NCBI GenBank assembly: GCA_965214495.1
Contig: OZ243958.1
Location: 2,338,831-2,402,830, forward strand
Length of the DNA: 64,000 nt
Reading direction: 5' to 3'
Source of the DNA: Alphaproteobacteria bacterium
Lineage (GTDB): Bacteria > Pseudomonadota > Alphaproteobacteria > UBA7887
Shown: positions 18,358-28,644 of the stretch, piece by piece
Position numbering within the stretch: position 1 is the stretch's first letter
Layout: each line of letters opens with the position of its first letter
Position numbers and translations under genes: made by a program
The notes under the pieces: model-generated
What the model saw: only the letters and a program-made list of their open reading frames with translations
Told to the model about the DNA's origin: nothing
The model's database searches: none

Positions 18358-19649
18358 GGCAGGACAAGCTTCAAGTCAGCTTCCTGCTGACCGGCATGAA
18401 CGGTGGCGGGGCGGAGCGCAGTATTCTCCGATTGGCCCGGTCGCTTATTGAGCGCGGGCACCGGGCAGATCTGGTGATCCCCAAATTCGCGGGAGACTAC
18501 CGGGCTGCGGTCCCCAGCGGAATGCGCGTCTGGCGGGCGCGGCTTCCCGGCACCGACAGGAATCTGCTGCGGGAGGTGCAGCGGGCGGGAACCGAGGTGA
18601 AGGCGATGACTGTCAACCCCATCGGTGTCGCCCGCACTTGGCTGGCTCTCGCCGGGAAAGGCTTCAACCTGCCCGTTCGAAGTCATCACCGCATCGCTGC
18701 GTATGCATACATGATCGCCACGTACGTTCGTGAGGCGCGTCCTGATGTGCTGGTGTCAGCGCTGCCGGGCGCCGACACCGCCGCTGTCTGCGCCGCGGCG
18801 TTGACGGACCGGGCCGTTCCTGTGGTGGTCACGGTGCGCATCAACATCGTCGCCGACTATACGCCGGAATGGCTGGCCGCTTGCCGAACCCTCTATCCGC
18901 GGGCCGATGCGGTGGTGACGATATCCCGAGGCGTGGGCGAGTCCGTGCGGCAATCGATGGGGGTGGATGCCGGGCGCGTTCGCACCATCTACAACGGCGT
19001 TCCTGTCGACAGCATACGACAGCTGGCGCAGGATGAAGTCACGCACCCGTGGTTCGCAGACGGCGAGCCGCCGGTGATCCTGAGCGTCGGGCGCGAGGCG
19101 TTGCAGAAAGATCACCCCACGTTGGTGAAGGCGTTCGGTTTGGCGCGGCGCGAGGTGAACGCGCGGCTGGTGATCCTCGGCAAGCTGTCGGCCGCCTACC
19201 GGGAAAGGCTCAAGTCCCTGGCGCGGAGCCATGGCGCGGAGGAGGACCTGGGCTTCGTGGACTTCGACGAGAACCCGTTCCGCTACATGCGGCGTGCGGC
19301 GCTCTTTGCGCTCTCCTCGCGCTGGGAGGGCCTGTCGATGGTGGTCATCGAGGCGCTGGCCTGCGGCACGCCGGTGGTCAGCACCGATGCGCCCTACGGC
19401 CCGCGCGAGATCCTGGGCGGGTGGGGCGACCTGCCGCCGGTGGGCGACGCGCCGGCGCTGGCGCGGGCGCTCGTCGCGACGCTGCGCGGCGAGCACCCGC
19501 CGGAGGAAGCCTTGCGCACGCGCGCCGCCGACTTTTCCGATGACAAGGCCGCCAACGCCTATGTCGCGCTGTTCCGGGAGCTGGTGCAGGAGCGCGCGGT
19601 GAAGCCGGATACACTTCCTGTCATTCCGGGAGAACCGGCGCAGCCATGA
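18354..19649 (+). CDS. family 4 glycosyltransferase, tandem paralogue 3
   Basis: GTG start overlaps the paralogue-2 stop. The C-terminal half is almost identical at DNA level to paralogue 2. Confidence 0.9.
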   Translation: MRQDKLQVSFLLTGMNGGGAERSILRLARSLIERGHRADLVIPKFAGDYRAAVPSGMRVWRARLPGTDRNLLREVQRAGTEVKAMTVNPIGVARTWLALAGKGFNLPVRSHHRIAAYAYMIATYVREARPDVLVSALPGADTAAVCAAALTDRAVPVVVTVRINIVADYTPEWLAACRTLYPRADAVVTISRGVGESVRQSMGVDAGRVRTIYNGVPVDSIRQLAQDEVTHPWFADGEPPVILSVGREALQKDHPTLVKAFGLARREVNARLVILGKLSAAYRERLKSLARSHGAEEDLGFVDFDENPFRYMRRAALFALSSRWEGLSMVVIEALACGTPVVSTDAPYGPREILGGWGDLPPVGDAPALARALVATLRGEHPPEEALRTRAADFSDDKAANAYVALFRELVQERAVKPDTLPVIPGEPAQP

Positions 19650-21019
19650 CGCCGCAAGAGCCGGACAGGCCGGCCGGCCCGCGCACGACCGGCGGACAGG
19701 ATGCGGCCATCGTGTTCGCAACCCAGGCCGGCAGGGTCGTGTTCGGCGTGGCGATCCAGAGCCTCCTGGCCTACACGCTGTTGCCGGAAGGGCGGGGCAG
19801 CTTCGCCGTATGCGTCGTGTTCGCTCACGTTCTCGCCGTGCTCTTCACACCGGGGGCGCGGGAAGGCGCGCAATATTTCGTCATGACAGGGCAGGCGTCG
19901 GTTTCGGAAGGGACCGCCTCCGCCCTGGCGGTCTGCCTCGCCGGCGGGGCTCTGGCGGTCGCCCTGGCGGCCCCGTTCGTCCACAGCGAAACAGCGTTCT
20001 TCCAGCAGGCGGAGCCGAGCGCCTTCTATCTGGCGTTGGCGCTGGTTCCCGTCATGGCGTTCTCGGGTGCGCTGGAGCGCCAACTCGCCGCGCTCCGGCG
20101 TTTCGGGCATCTCGCGGCGTTCACCCTGCTCCATGTCGCCGTGAACGTTCTTGCGCTCCTGGTTCTCGTGCCGGTTTGGGAACTCGGGGTGGACGGCGCG
20201 ATCCTGGCGGCCGCCGCCGCGCACGGTTTTTCGGTGGCGTTACCAATATGGTATCTGCGGCGCCGCCATGGACTGGTTCCGACGAACCCGTTCCGCGCCG
20301 TCTCGTCGCGAATCGTCGGCTACGGGCTGCGATTCCACGCCGCAGGCATAGGCATCGCGCTGGAAATGAGTGCGGGCATCCTCATTCTCGGGCTTTTCGC
20401 CAGCCCGGCGGAAATCGGCCTGTTCGCAACCGCGAGCATCCTCATGTTTCGACTGAAAATGATCTCGGACTCGGTCGGCAGCGCGCTGCTGCCCCGTATC
20501 GCCGGCAGCGGCCGCCCGGAACTGACGGCGCTCTGCCTGCGGCTCGTTCTGTGCGCCACCGCGGCCGCGTGTCTCGCCGTGCTGGCGGTAAGCGCGCCGC
20601 TGGTCCGGATCCTCTTCTCCGAAGCCTTCCTGCCGGCGGTCCCGCTGCTGTGGATTATCGCCCTCGGAGTGCTCGCCTGTGCCGGCGCCGGCATACTCGG
20701 AACCTACTTCAAGGCTATCGACCGCCCGGGCATCTGCTCTTGGGCTGTCTCCCTGGGAGTGGCGGCGAATCTCCTTGCGATTCCCCTGCTCTACCCGGCG
20801 GTCGGCGTCGCGGCCGCGGCTTGGGGGCTGACCCTGGGCATGGCCTGCCGGCTCGTCCTTCTCGCGGCGGCGTTCGCAAGACAGGCCCGAATGACCCGGT
20901 TCTCAATCTGGCTGCCGCAGGCCGGCGATGCGGTCTCCGCCTGGCAAGCGGTCCGGGCTGCGCTCGGCGCCCGAACGCTTCGCGAGGCGGTATTCGACAA
21001 TCGCCGGCCGGGGTGTTGA
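19646..21019 (+). CDS. Wzx-like polysaccharide flippase (MOP/PST family polysaccharide biosynthesis protein)
   Basis: ATG overlaps the GT4-3 stop (ATGA). 457 aa with ~12 predicted TM helices. N-terminal ...LLAYTLLPEGRGSFAV... matches the PST-family LLAR-L-PE-G signature. Confidence 0.85.
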   Translation: MTPQEPDRPAGPRTTGGQDAAIVFATQAGRVVFGVAIQSLLAYTLLPEGRGSFAVCVVFAHVLAVLFTPGAREGAQYFVMTGQASVSEGTASALAVCLAGGALAVALAAPFVHSETAFFQQAEPSAFYLALALVPVMAFSGALERQLAALRRFGHLAAFTLLHVAVNVLALLVLVPVWELGVDGAILAAAAAHGFSVALPIWYLRRRHGLVPTNPFRAVSSRIVGYGLRFHAAGIGIALEMSAGILILGLFASPAEIGLFATASILMFRLKMISDSVGSALLPRIAGSGRPELTALCLRLVLCATAAACLAVLAVSAPLVRILFSEAFLPAVPLLWIIALGVLACAGAGILGTYFKAIDRPGICSWAVSLGVAANLLAIPLLYPAVGVAAAAWGLTLGMACRLVLLAAAFARQARMTRFSIWLPQAGDAVSAWQAVRAALGARTLREAVFDNRRPGC

Positions 21020-21287
21020 GGCATGAACATCCTCCGGCCGATCCCCATGAGGATGCTGCCGCGCGGGCCGCGGGGCGACAGGAAGTTGCGCCGACGGTTG
21101 CCAGCGGCAGATGCCGCACGAGTCCAGCGCGGAATTGCGGAGTCCGTCAGGGTGTGCGGGTTCGCCATGGCCTCGTCGCTCAAATTAACCTTGCCCGTTC
21201 CGCGCCGCGCCCTTTGACGGCGGGACAGACAATCCGGGCGCGGCAGCCGGAATCGATGCTTCTACCATAGAACGGACAGTAAGAACC

Positions 21288-22412
21288 ATGACGGGCCCCT
21301 CCAATACTCGCGGAAAAATCAAAATTGCCTATGTGATATCGACACTTTGGAGATGCGGCCCATCCATTCAGCTAAAAAACATCTTGCGGCATATGGATTA
21401 CGACAGATTCGAGGTGTCCATAATAACTCTTTCTCCCGAAAGGAAAGATGACTCCCTCATAGGTGAGATTGAATGTCTTCCTCCAAGGATATACCCGCTT
21501 AATATGAGTAGAATTCTCGGATTATTCCGGATGAAAAAACGCTTCCAAGACATAATTGAGTTAATCCATCCGGATCTGATACATAGCTCCGGTTGGCGAA
21601 GCGACACTCTCGTATCGAAATTGAATCGGTCCGCCGTCTGGATTGCAACGTGCAGAAACATTCCCGATATCGACTATCCCTTGGAGTTCGGGAAATATCC
21701 AGGAGCATATATGGCAAGAAGCCATCTAAGGGCTCTGGGAAGATGCGGCAATGTTGTATGCTGCTCGAATTCCATGAAGGCTGAATATGAACAACGCTAT
21801 GGTATGAAAGACGCTTTGGTAGTCCCGAATGGAGTAGAGCTGCCCCAGGATATCGCCAGTGCGTGTGCAGAAAGAAATGGGAACTTCAGAGGCGTGACGG
21901 TAGGCCGGTTGGTTCCTCGGAAGAATGTTCGGTATTTATGTGAGGTTTTCAAGAGACTGGATAACAACAATACAAGGTTGACCGTTATCGGGGATGGACC
22001 GGAATACGGCGATCTTACACGTTATGAAGACAATAGAATATCGCTCGTCGGGCATCGGGGCGAAGACGATGTGTACAGATATCTGCACGGGTCCGACTTC
22101 TTTATGAGCGCGTCATTAGGAGAAGGATTGCCGAATGCCGTATTGGAAGCATTGTCGATGGGGCTTCCCTGTGTGCTTTCCGACATCGGCCCGCATCTCG
22201 AATTGAGGGATGCCATGCCGCCCGGAAGCGTAGAGATTTTCTCCCTGTCCGATCCTCCCGATGCGGTTGCATATAGATTGAAGGACTATTTGGCGACTAT
22301 TGCGAGCCTGCCAAGGGAACAGATCAGGCAGCGAACCGTGGAGAAATACTCGGCGAAAAGGATGTCACAGCGCTATCAGGCATTGTATTCAAGCATCCGA
22401 GCGGCCGCCTGA
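21288..22412 (+). CDS. family 4 glycosyltransferase, compositionally foreign (low GC)
   Basis: 374-aa GT4 (…GEGLPNAVLEALSMGLPCVLSD…). Strikingly AT-richer than its surroundings, with a different codon style. Preceded by a 268-bp gap. Confidence 0.85.
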   Translation: MTGPSNTRGKIKIAYVISTLWRCGPSIQLKNILRHMDYDRFEVSIITLSPERKDDSLIGEIECLPPRIYPLNMSRILGLFRMKKRFQDIIELIHPDLIHSSGWRSDTLVSKLNRSAVWIATCRNIPDIDYPLEFGKYPGAYMARSHLRALGRCGNVVCCSNSMKAEYEQRYGMKDALVVPNGVELPQDIASACAERNGNFRGVTVGRLVPRKNVRYLCEVFKRLDNNNTRLTVIGDGPEYGDLTRYEDNRISLVGHRGEDDVYRYLHGSDFFMSASLGEGLPNAVLEALSMGLPCVLSDIGPHLELRDAMPPGSVEIFSLSDPPDAVAYRLKDYLATIASLPREQIRQRTVEKYSAKRMSQRYQALYSSIRAAA

Positions 22413-22689
22413 GCATGATCGCTTCTTTCACCGTTAGTCCGAGGGGGCGGGAAAGGCTGCCGATGAGAAAGGTGAAGAGGGTTGCCGGGCGTTCGACCCT
22501 AACGAGGCTTACCGCGGAACCCGAACCGCCGGCGCTCCCGGGGTTTCGACGAGGAGCCGTTCGTCCTTTCACACCACGATACCGGAGGGTTTGGTATCAA
22601 GGGGGGTTTCGCCGCTGCCCGCGTGCAGAGGCGTGGAGAGGGCGACGGCTGCCGGGCTCTCCGGCGGAGAGGCCCCAGCGGGAATTTGG

Positions 22690-22990
22690 AGAATCGCTCG
22701 CCCGGACCGTTGAAGAGGCAATAGCGCACGCGCTGTTGCACGGGGGCGAGACGCAGGTGTGGGGCGACGCGGGCTATCGGGGGGGCGGCAAGCGCGAGGA
22801 GAACCGGGGGGCGGCGGAGAGGCGCAAGGCGTCGGTGCGGGCGAAGGGGGGAGCATCCGTTCCTGTATGTGAAAGCACCATTTCGGCTATGCGAAGCTGC
22901 GCTACCGGGGGCTGGCGAAGAACCGGCAGCGCATCGCCGTGCTGCTCGGGTTGGCCAACCTGCTCATCGCCGGGCGCTATGCTGCCGGCT
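22690..22990 (+). pseudogene. IS5-family transposase C-terminal remnant (frameshifted, internally deleted)
   Basis: ...ALLHGGETQVWGDAGYRGGGKREENRG... then in other frames ...EHPFLYVK.. and ..HHFGYAKLRYRGLAKNRQRIAVLLGLANLLIAGRYAAG*. These reproduce the IS5 DDE-tail consensus (LHGxExxVxGDxGYxG ... EHPF ... FGYxKxRYRGLAKN). Confidence 0.55.
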
Positions 22991-23233
22991 GAGGCAGGGC
23001 CCGTCTGTCCGCCACCGCCGCAAGGCGGGACGGGGCATTTGGCCCAGTCTTCGAGCGGTGCTCACCCCCTCTTTCGACACGAAAAGACATGGCTGCGCCT
23101 GTCGAACAGTTGTCGGCCTTTCCCGCACGAACCGAATACGCCCCGCGCAAGCCAAAACCTGGTATGTTCAGACCTTCCCTAACGACCGACGGCAGGTGGC
23201 GACGGCAATGACACGGCCCATGAAGAGCGCGGC

Positions 23234-25234
23234 ATGTGCGGCATAGCCGGTTTTCTTGGAACAGGACCTCTCTCGCCGGAGGCGGCGTCATCGACCGCCC
23301 GCGGGATGGCGGACCGGCTGGCGCATCGCGGTCCCGACGATGCCGGGGTCTGGCTGGATCCCGGGGCAGGGGCCGCTCTCGCGCATCGCCGTCTGGCGGT
23401 CGTCGATCTTTCGCCGGCCGGCCACCAGCCAATGCGGTCCGCTTCCGGGCAACGGGTGATCGTCTTCAATGGCGAGATCTACAACCATCGGGACCTCAGA
23501 CGCCAGCTCGACTCCGATCGTCAGGAGATCTCCTGGCGGGGGCATTCCGATACGGAAACGCTGCTGGCCGCCATCGAGTGCTGGGGACTGGAGGAGGCGT
23601 TGCGGGCATCCGCCGGCATGTTCGCCCTTGCCCTCTGGGATCGCCAAGACCGGACCCTCTGGCTGGCCCGCGACCGGGCCGGAGAAAAGCCGCTCTACTA
23701 CGGCTGGCAGAACGGCGTGTTCCTGTTCGGCTCCGAGTTGAAGGCGCTCGCGGCGCATCCCGCATTTGCGGGAGACATCGACCGAGGCGCACTCGCCCAG
23801 CTCCTGCGCCATGGCTATGTTTCGTCCCCCTGGTCCATATACGAAGGCATTCGCAAGCTGCCGCCGGGTACATGCCTCAGGATAGCCGTCGGCGCTGCAG
23901 GCCGGCAGGGGGGCGATCTGCCCGAGCCGCGGCCGTACTGGTCGTTGCAGGACGCGATAGCCGCGGGCCGGGCCGGACCGTTCCAGGGCGCTCCCGAAGA
24001 AGCGGTTGATGTCCTGAACGACCTGTTGCTGCGGTCGGTTAGCCGGCAGATGGTCGCGGACGTTCCGCTTGGCGCGTTCCTGTCCGGCGGGATCGATTCC
24101 TCGACCGTCGTGGCATTGATGCAGGCGCAATCCACGCGGCCGGTGCGGACGTTCACCATTGGATTCGATGAGGCCGAATACAACGAAGCGCCATACGCCA
24201 AGGCAGTGGCGAGCCACTTGGGAACCGAACATACGGAGCTGTACGTCTCGGCGCACCAGGCGCTGGACGTCGTTCCGCGCCTGCCGAACCTTTTCGACGA
24301 GCCCTTTGCCGATCCCTCGCAGATTCCGACCTTTCTTGTAGCCGGGATGGCGCGCCGGCATGTGACCGTGGCCCTGTCCGGGGACGGCGGCGACGAGCTG
24401 TTCGGCGGCTACCATCTGTATTCTCGGACGCTACGATACTGGCGCCGGTTGTCCAACGCGCCGTTGCCGCTGCGCCGCCTCCGCGAGGGCGCGCTCCGGG
24501 CCCTCGCTGCGGTCTCGGGCACTACACTGGGGGAGCGCCTGCTTCGCCGGCTGCCCCCAATCTACGGTTGGCGCTGGACACCCGACAGGCTCGGCAAGCT
24601 GGCGGCCATGGTCACCTGCCGGACGCAGGAAGAGTTCTATTGGCAAGGCCGCTCGTCCTGGCCGAATCCGCACGCGATCATGCACGGAACGTCCCTGTCG
24701 GGAGCCGTCATGAACGAACCGGCAAGCTGTGTGGGTGCGTTGGAATTCGCGGAGTGGATGATGGCGGCCGATACTCTGAACTATCTTCCCGACGACATTC
24801 TGGTCAAGGTTGACCGGGCGGCGATGGCCGTCAGCCTTGAGACGCGCGCGCCGTTTCTGGACCACGATGTCGTGGAATTTGTCTGGCGGCTGCCGTTGTC
24901 GTTGAGGATCCGCGGCGCCGAGAGCAAGTGGATTCTTCGGCAGGTACTCCGCAAGTACCTGCCGATGCGGCTCGTCGATCGTCCGAAGGCGGGATTCGGT
25001 GTGCCGCTCGCCTCGTGGTTGCGCGGCCCCCTCCGGGACTGGGCGGAGGCATTGCTCGACGAACGCCGGCTGCGGGAGGAAGGGTTTTTCGATCCCGGTC
25101 CGGTTCGCCGGACGTGGCTTGCATTCCTGAAAGCGCACGATGAGTACGCCGGTTTGGCGCAACGCCTCTGGAACATCCTGATGTTCCAGGCGTGGCTGGA
25201 ACGTTCTCCCCGGTGCGGGCCGCGAGAGCCCTGA
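23234..25234 (+). CDS. asnB: asparagine synthase (glutamine-hydrolysing)
   Basis: MCGIAGF N-terminal nucleophile, class II GATase domain, SGGIDSS PP-loop. 666 aa. Confidence 0.92.
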   Translation: MCGIAGFLGTGPLSPEAASSTARGMADRLAHRGPDDAGVWLDPGAGAALAHRRLAVVDLSPAGHQPMRSASGQRVIVFNGEIYNHRDLRRQLDSDRQEISWRGHSDTETLLAAIECWGLEEALRASAGMFALALWDRQDRTLWLARDRAGEKPLYYGWQNGVFLFGSELKALAAHPAFAGDIDRGALAQLLRHGYVSSPWSIYEGIRKLPPGTCLRIAVGAAGRQGGDLPEPRPYWSLQDAIAAGRAGPFQGAPEEAVDVLNDLLLRSVSRQMVADVPLGAFLSGGIDSSTVVALMQAQSTRPVRTFTIGFDEAEYNEAPYAKAVASHLGTEHTELYVSAHQALDVVPRLPNLFDEPFADPSQIPTFLVAGMARRHVTVALSGDGGDELFGGYHLYSRTLRYWRRLSNAPLPLRRLREGALRALAAVSGTTLGERLLRRLPPIYGWRWTPDRLGKLAAMVTCRTQEEFYWQGRSSWPNPHAIMHGTSLSGAVMNEPASCVGALEFAEWMMAADTLNYLPDDILVKVDRAAMAVSLETRAPFLDHDVVEFVWRLPLSLRIRGAESKWILRQVLRKYLPMRLVDRPKAGFGVPLASWLRGPLRDWAEALLDERRLREEGFFDPGPVRRTWLAFLKAHDEYAGLAQRLWNILMFQAWLERSPRCGPREP

Positions 25235-26079
25235 CCTCTCCACCGATTCGGGGGTGCCTTCAACCGCCCGCAGAAACGGGGCAAGTCCAGCCTGTCATTG
25301 GGGAACCCTAGCAATGCAATCGGGCAGGGTTTTGCGCAGTTCGCCCGTGGAGCGCGCACCGAACTCCACCATGACCTCGGGCCGCACCAACCCGGTCTCC
25401 TCGAACAGCGGCTCGAATGCTGCGGTGAACCCGGCACGCACAAGCCCGGCCTCGACAACCGGGCGTGCCCGATCCCGGACCCACTCTGTCAGGCGGAGAC
25501 AGCGACACACCGCCCTTGAAGATCAGATTCCCGGCGAACGGCGCATCGAACAACACCCCGGGGTCGTGACCACCCAGATGCCCTTCTCCAGGAGATACGC
25601 CTGGTGGCTGCTGTTCCGCTCCACTACCTCCAGAGCGTCCGCGCCTGCCGTCGAGTGCAGTCGGCGGTTGGGACCGGAGGTGAGATATACCGCGCGCACC
25701 GGATTCTGCGTGGTCAGCCCAAGGCAGTTGGCCTTGGCCGCGGCACCGCTACGCGGCATGATCGTTTCGTCCCACGTCTGCGACAGCGCGGCGAGAGCCT
25801 TGGTGACACAGAACAGCCGGACACAGCGGCGCCGCCTCCGGCAGGGCTTCTGCCTGCTCCATTCCGGCCTCGCAGAGGCTGATCTGGACGAAGCCCTGGC
25901 GCGCTACCGCACGCCACCGAACAGGGTAGCTGGTTCGACCGGCATCCGCATCTCAATGGGCGGCAGGGGCCGGTGCAGGGACAACATCTTCATCAATCGA
26001 CGCCGGCGCCCGCCCAAATACGAGGCGGCCGCCCTCTGCGGGATCGCCGGCGGATTCACCGCCCGGCGCGGCTTTGTTG

Positions 26080-26156
<77 letters not shown>

Positions 26157-26211
26157 GCAACAGGCATGGGCCAGGGCATTGGCGGGGCCCGGGCGCACCG
26201 GGCGATGGGTT

Positions 26212-26330
26212 GGCTTGGCAGCGACCTGCTCTCCCGCGCCTTAAGACGCAGTACCATCGGCGCTGCGGGCTTTCACTGCCGAGTTCGGGATGGGATCGGG
26301 TGTTTCACCCGCGCCATGACCGCCAAGCCA
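26212..26330 (-). rRNA. 5S ribosomal RNA
   Basis: Minus strand reads ...GGCGGTCATGGCGCGGGTGAAACACCCGATCCCATCCCGAACTCGGCAGTGAAAGCCCGCAGCGCCGATGGTACTGCGTCTTAAGGCGCGGGAGAGCAGGTCGCTGCCAAGC, a canonical 5S. Confidence 0.9.
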
Positions 26331-26424
26331 ACGCATCGTCCGGATGCGTCCTTGCTTTCCCGATTGCGCGCGTCTTCGCCGGCGGCGCCCGCCCTGTTCG
26401 AGGGCGCGGATCTGGAGCCGTTCG

Positions 26425-26943
<519 letters not shown>

Positions 26944-26944
26944 C

Positions 26945-27213
26945 GGATAGCGGAACTCCGGCCCGCCGGGCACCAGCGGGTCGCCCCACGGAATCAGCAC
27001 GCTGTAGCGATAGTCCGGCGAGATCGCCGGGTTCGGCCCGCCGCCGCGGGCGAGGGGGACAGGTTCGAAGCCGACCAGCGGCGAAGCGGCGCGCGCACCC
27101 CTGCTGCGCCCGGTTCCGAGAAACCCTACCGCCGCTGCCGCACCGCCGGCCAGAACGGTCCGCCGCGTGAGACGGGCTGCGAGAACTTTCACGAACGGTT
27201 CGCCGCCGCTCAT
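26945..27213 (-). pseudogene. N-terminal fragment of a PhoX/DUF839-type Tat-secreted phosphatase, truncated by the rRNA fragment
   Basis: [33 protein letters not shown] (twin-arginine signal) then [10 protein letters not shown]...[20 protein letters not shown], the PhoX N-terminal signature. The next codons are translated rRNA. Confidence 0.5.
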
Positions 27214-27226
27214 CGCGCCTCCTCCT

Positions 27227-28240
27227 CTACATATATTCTCCGATCAGCGACTCGGCGATCTGCACCGTGTTGAGTGCGGCTCCCTTGCGCAGATTGTCGG
27301 CGACCACCCACAGGTTGAGCGCCCAGGGGACCGTCGGATCCGCGCGCACGCGGCTGACGAAAACGTCGAACTCGCCGACGCAGTCCACCGGCGTCGCGTA
27401 GCGTTCCTCTTCGGGTTCGTCGATCAGTCGCACTCCGGGTGCGTTGGCGAGCGCGGCGCGGGCTTCCTCGACCTCGATCGGGGTTTCGAACTCCACGTTC
27501 ACCGCCTCGGCGTGGCCGACGAACACCGGCACGCGCACGCAGGTTGCGGAAACGACGATCTCCGGATCCAGGATTTTCTGCGTCTCCTGAACCATCTTGC
27601 GCTCTTCGCCGGTCGAGCCGTCGTCCAGAAACCGGTCGATCTGCGGAATGGCGTTGAAGGCGATGCGGCGCGAGAACGACTGCGGCCGGTGCTCTTCCTG
27701 GAAATAGACCTTGCGGGTCTGGTCGAACAGTTCGTCCATGGCCGCCTTGCCGGCGCCGGAAACCGACTGATAGGTCGCCACCACCACGCGCTTGATGCGG
27801 GCGATGTCGTGCAGGGGCTTCAGCGCCACCACCATCTGGATGGTCGAGCAGTTGGGGTTGGCGACGATGTTGTGGGCGCGAAAGCCGTCAAGCGCCTCCG
27901 GGTTGACCTCCGGCACCACGAGTGGCACGTCCGGTTCCATGCGGAAGCGCGAACTGTTGTCCACAACCACACAACCGGCGGCAGCGGCGACCGGCGCGTA
28001 GATATCGGAGACCTTCGAGCCGGGGGAAAACAGGCCGAGATCGACGCCCTCGAAATCGAAATCGTCGAGCGGACGAACCTTGAGCACGTCCCTGTCGCCG
28101 AACGAGACTTCGCGGCCGACCGACCGTTCGGACGCCAGCGCGAACACCTCGTCGGCGGGGAAATTGCGCTCCGCGAGGATGGCGAGGATCTCCCGCCCGA
28201 CATTGCCGGTGGCGCCCGCCACCGCGACTCGATATCCCAT
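27227..28240 (-). CDS. asd: aspartate-semialdehyde dehydrogenase
   Basis: [17 protein letters not shown]..., active-site NCSTI motif, 337 aa. Confidence 0.95.
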   Translation of the reverse strand: MGYRVAVAGATGNVGREILAILAERNFPADEVFALASERSVGREVSFGDRDVLKVRPLDDFDFEGVDLGLFSPGSKVSDIYAPVAAAAGCVVVDNSSRFRMEPDVPLVVPEVNPEALDGFRAHNIVANPNCSTIQMVVALKPLHDIARIKRVVVATYQSVSGAGKAAMDELFDQTRKVYFQEEHRPQSFSRRIAFNAIPQIDRFLDDGSTGEERKMVQETQKILDPEIVVSATCVRVPVFVGHAEAVNVEFETPIEVEEARAALANAPGVRLIDEPEEERYATPVDCVGEFDVFVSRVRADPTVPWALNLWVVADNLRKGAALNTVQIAESLIGEYM

Positions 28241-28290
28241 CGTTTTCCGCTGCGGCCTCCGTGCTATACTGGCCCGGCGGAGGGTCGCCC

Positions 28291-28644
28291 ATGGCCGAGA
28301 AACTCACCCGTTACGCCGAATTCTGGCCGTATTACCTCGCCGAGCACAGCCGCCCGGCCAACCGCGCGTTGCACTATTTCGGCAGCGGCCTCGGACTCGC
28401 CCTGCTCGCGTCTGCGGCCGCGCTTCAGGACTGGCGCTTCCTCCCGGCGGCGGTCGTGGCGGGTTACGCCTTCGCGTGGGTGGGCCATTTCTTCATCGAG
28501 CGCAACCGCCCCGCCACGTTCGACTATCCGCTGTGGTCGTTCTTCAGCGATTTCCGTATGTTGGGGTTCGCGGTCGCCGGGCGCTTGGGGCGCGAACTCG
28601 CGCGCCATGGGATCACGCCGTCAGAGCCTCCAGCGCGCCGATAA
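28291..28644 (+). CDS. DUF962/Mpo1-like membrane protein
   Basis: [31 protein letters not shown]...[18 protein letters not shown]. The HFxxExNxPAT core is typical of the family. Confidence 0.7.
   Translation: MAEKLTRYAEFWPYYLAEHSRPANRALHYFGSGLGLALLASAAALQDWRFLPAAVVAGYAFAWVGHFFIERNRPATFDYPLWSFFSDFRMLGFAVAGRLGRELARHGITPSEPPARR

Noticed and set aside
25290-25560. AbiEii-like nucleotidyltransferase toxin (…NLIFKGGVSLS… on the minus strand)
   Set aside because: Only the FKGG-type motif is recognisable, and the frame is broken on both sides. At best this is a short decayed remnant, so it is mentioned only in the rRNA-junction finding.
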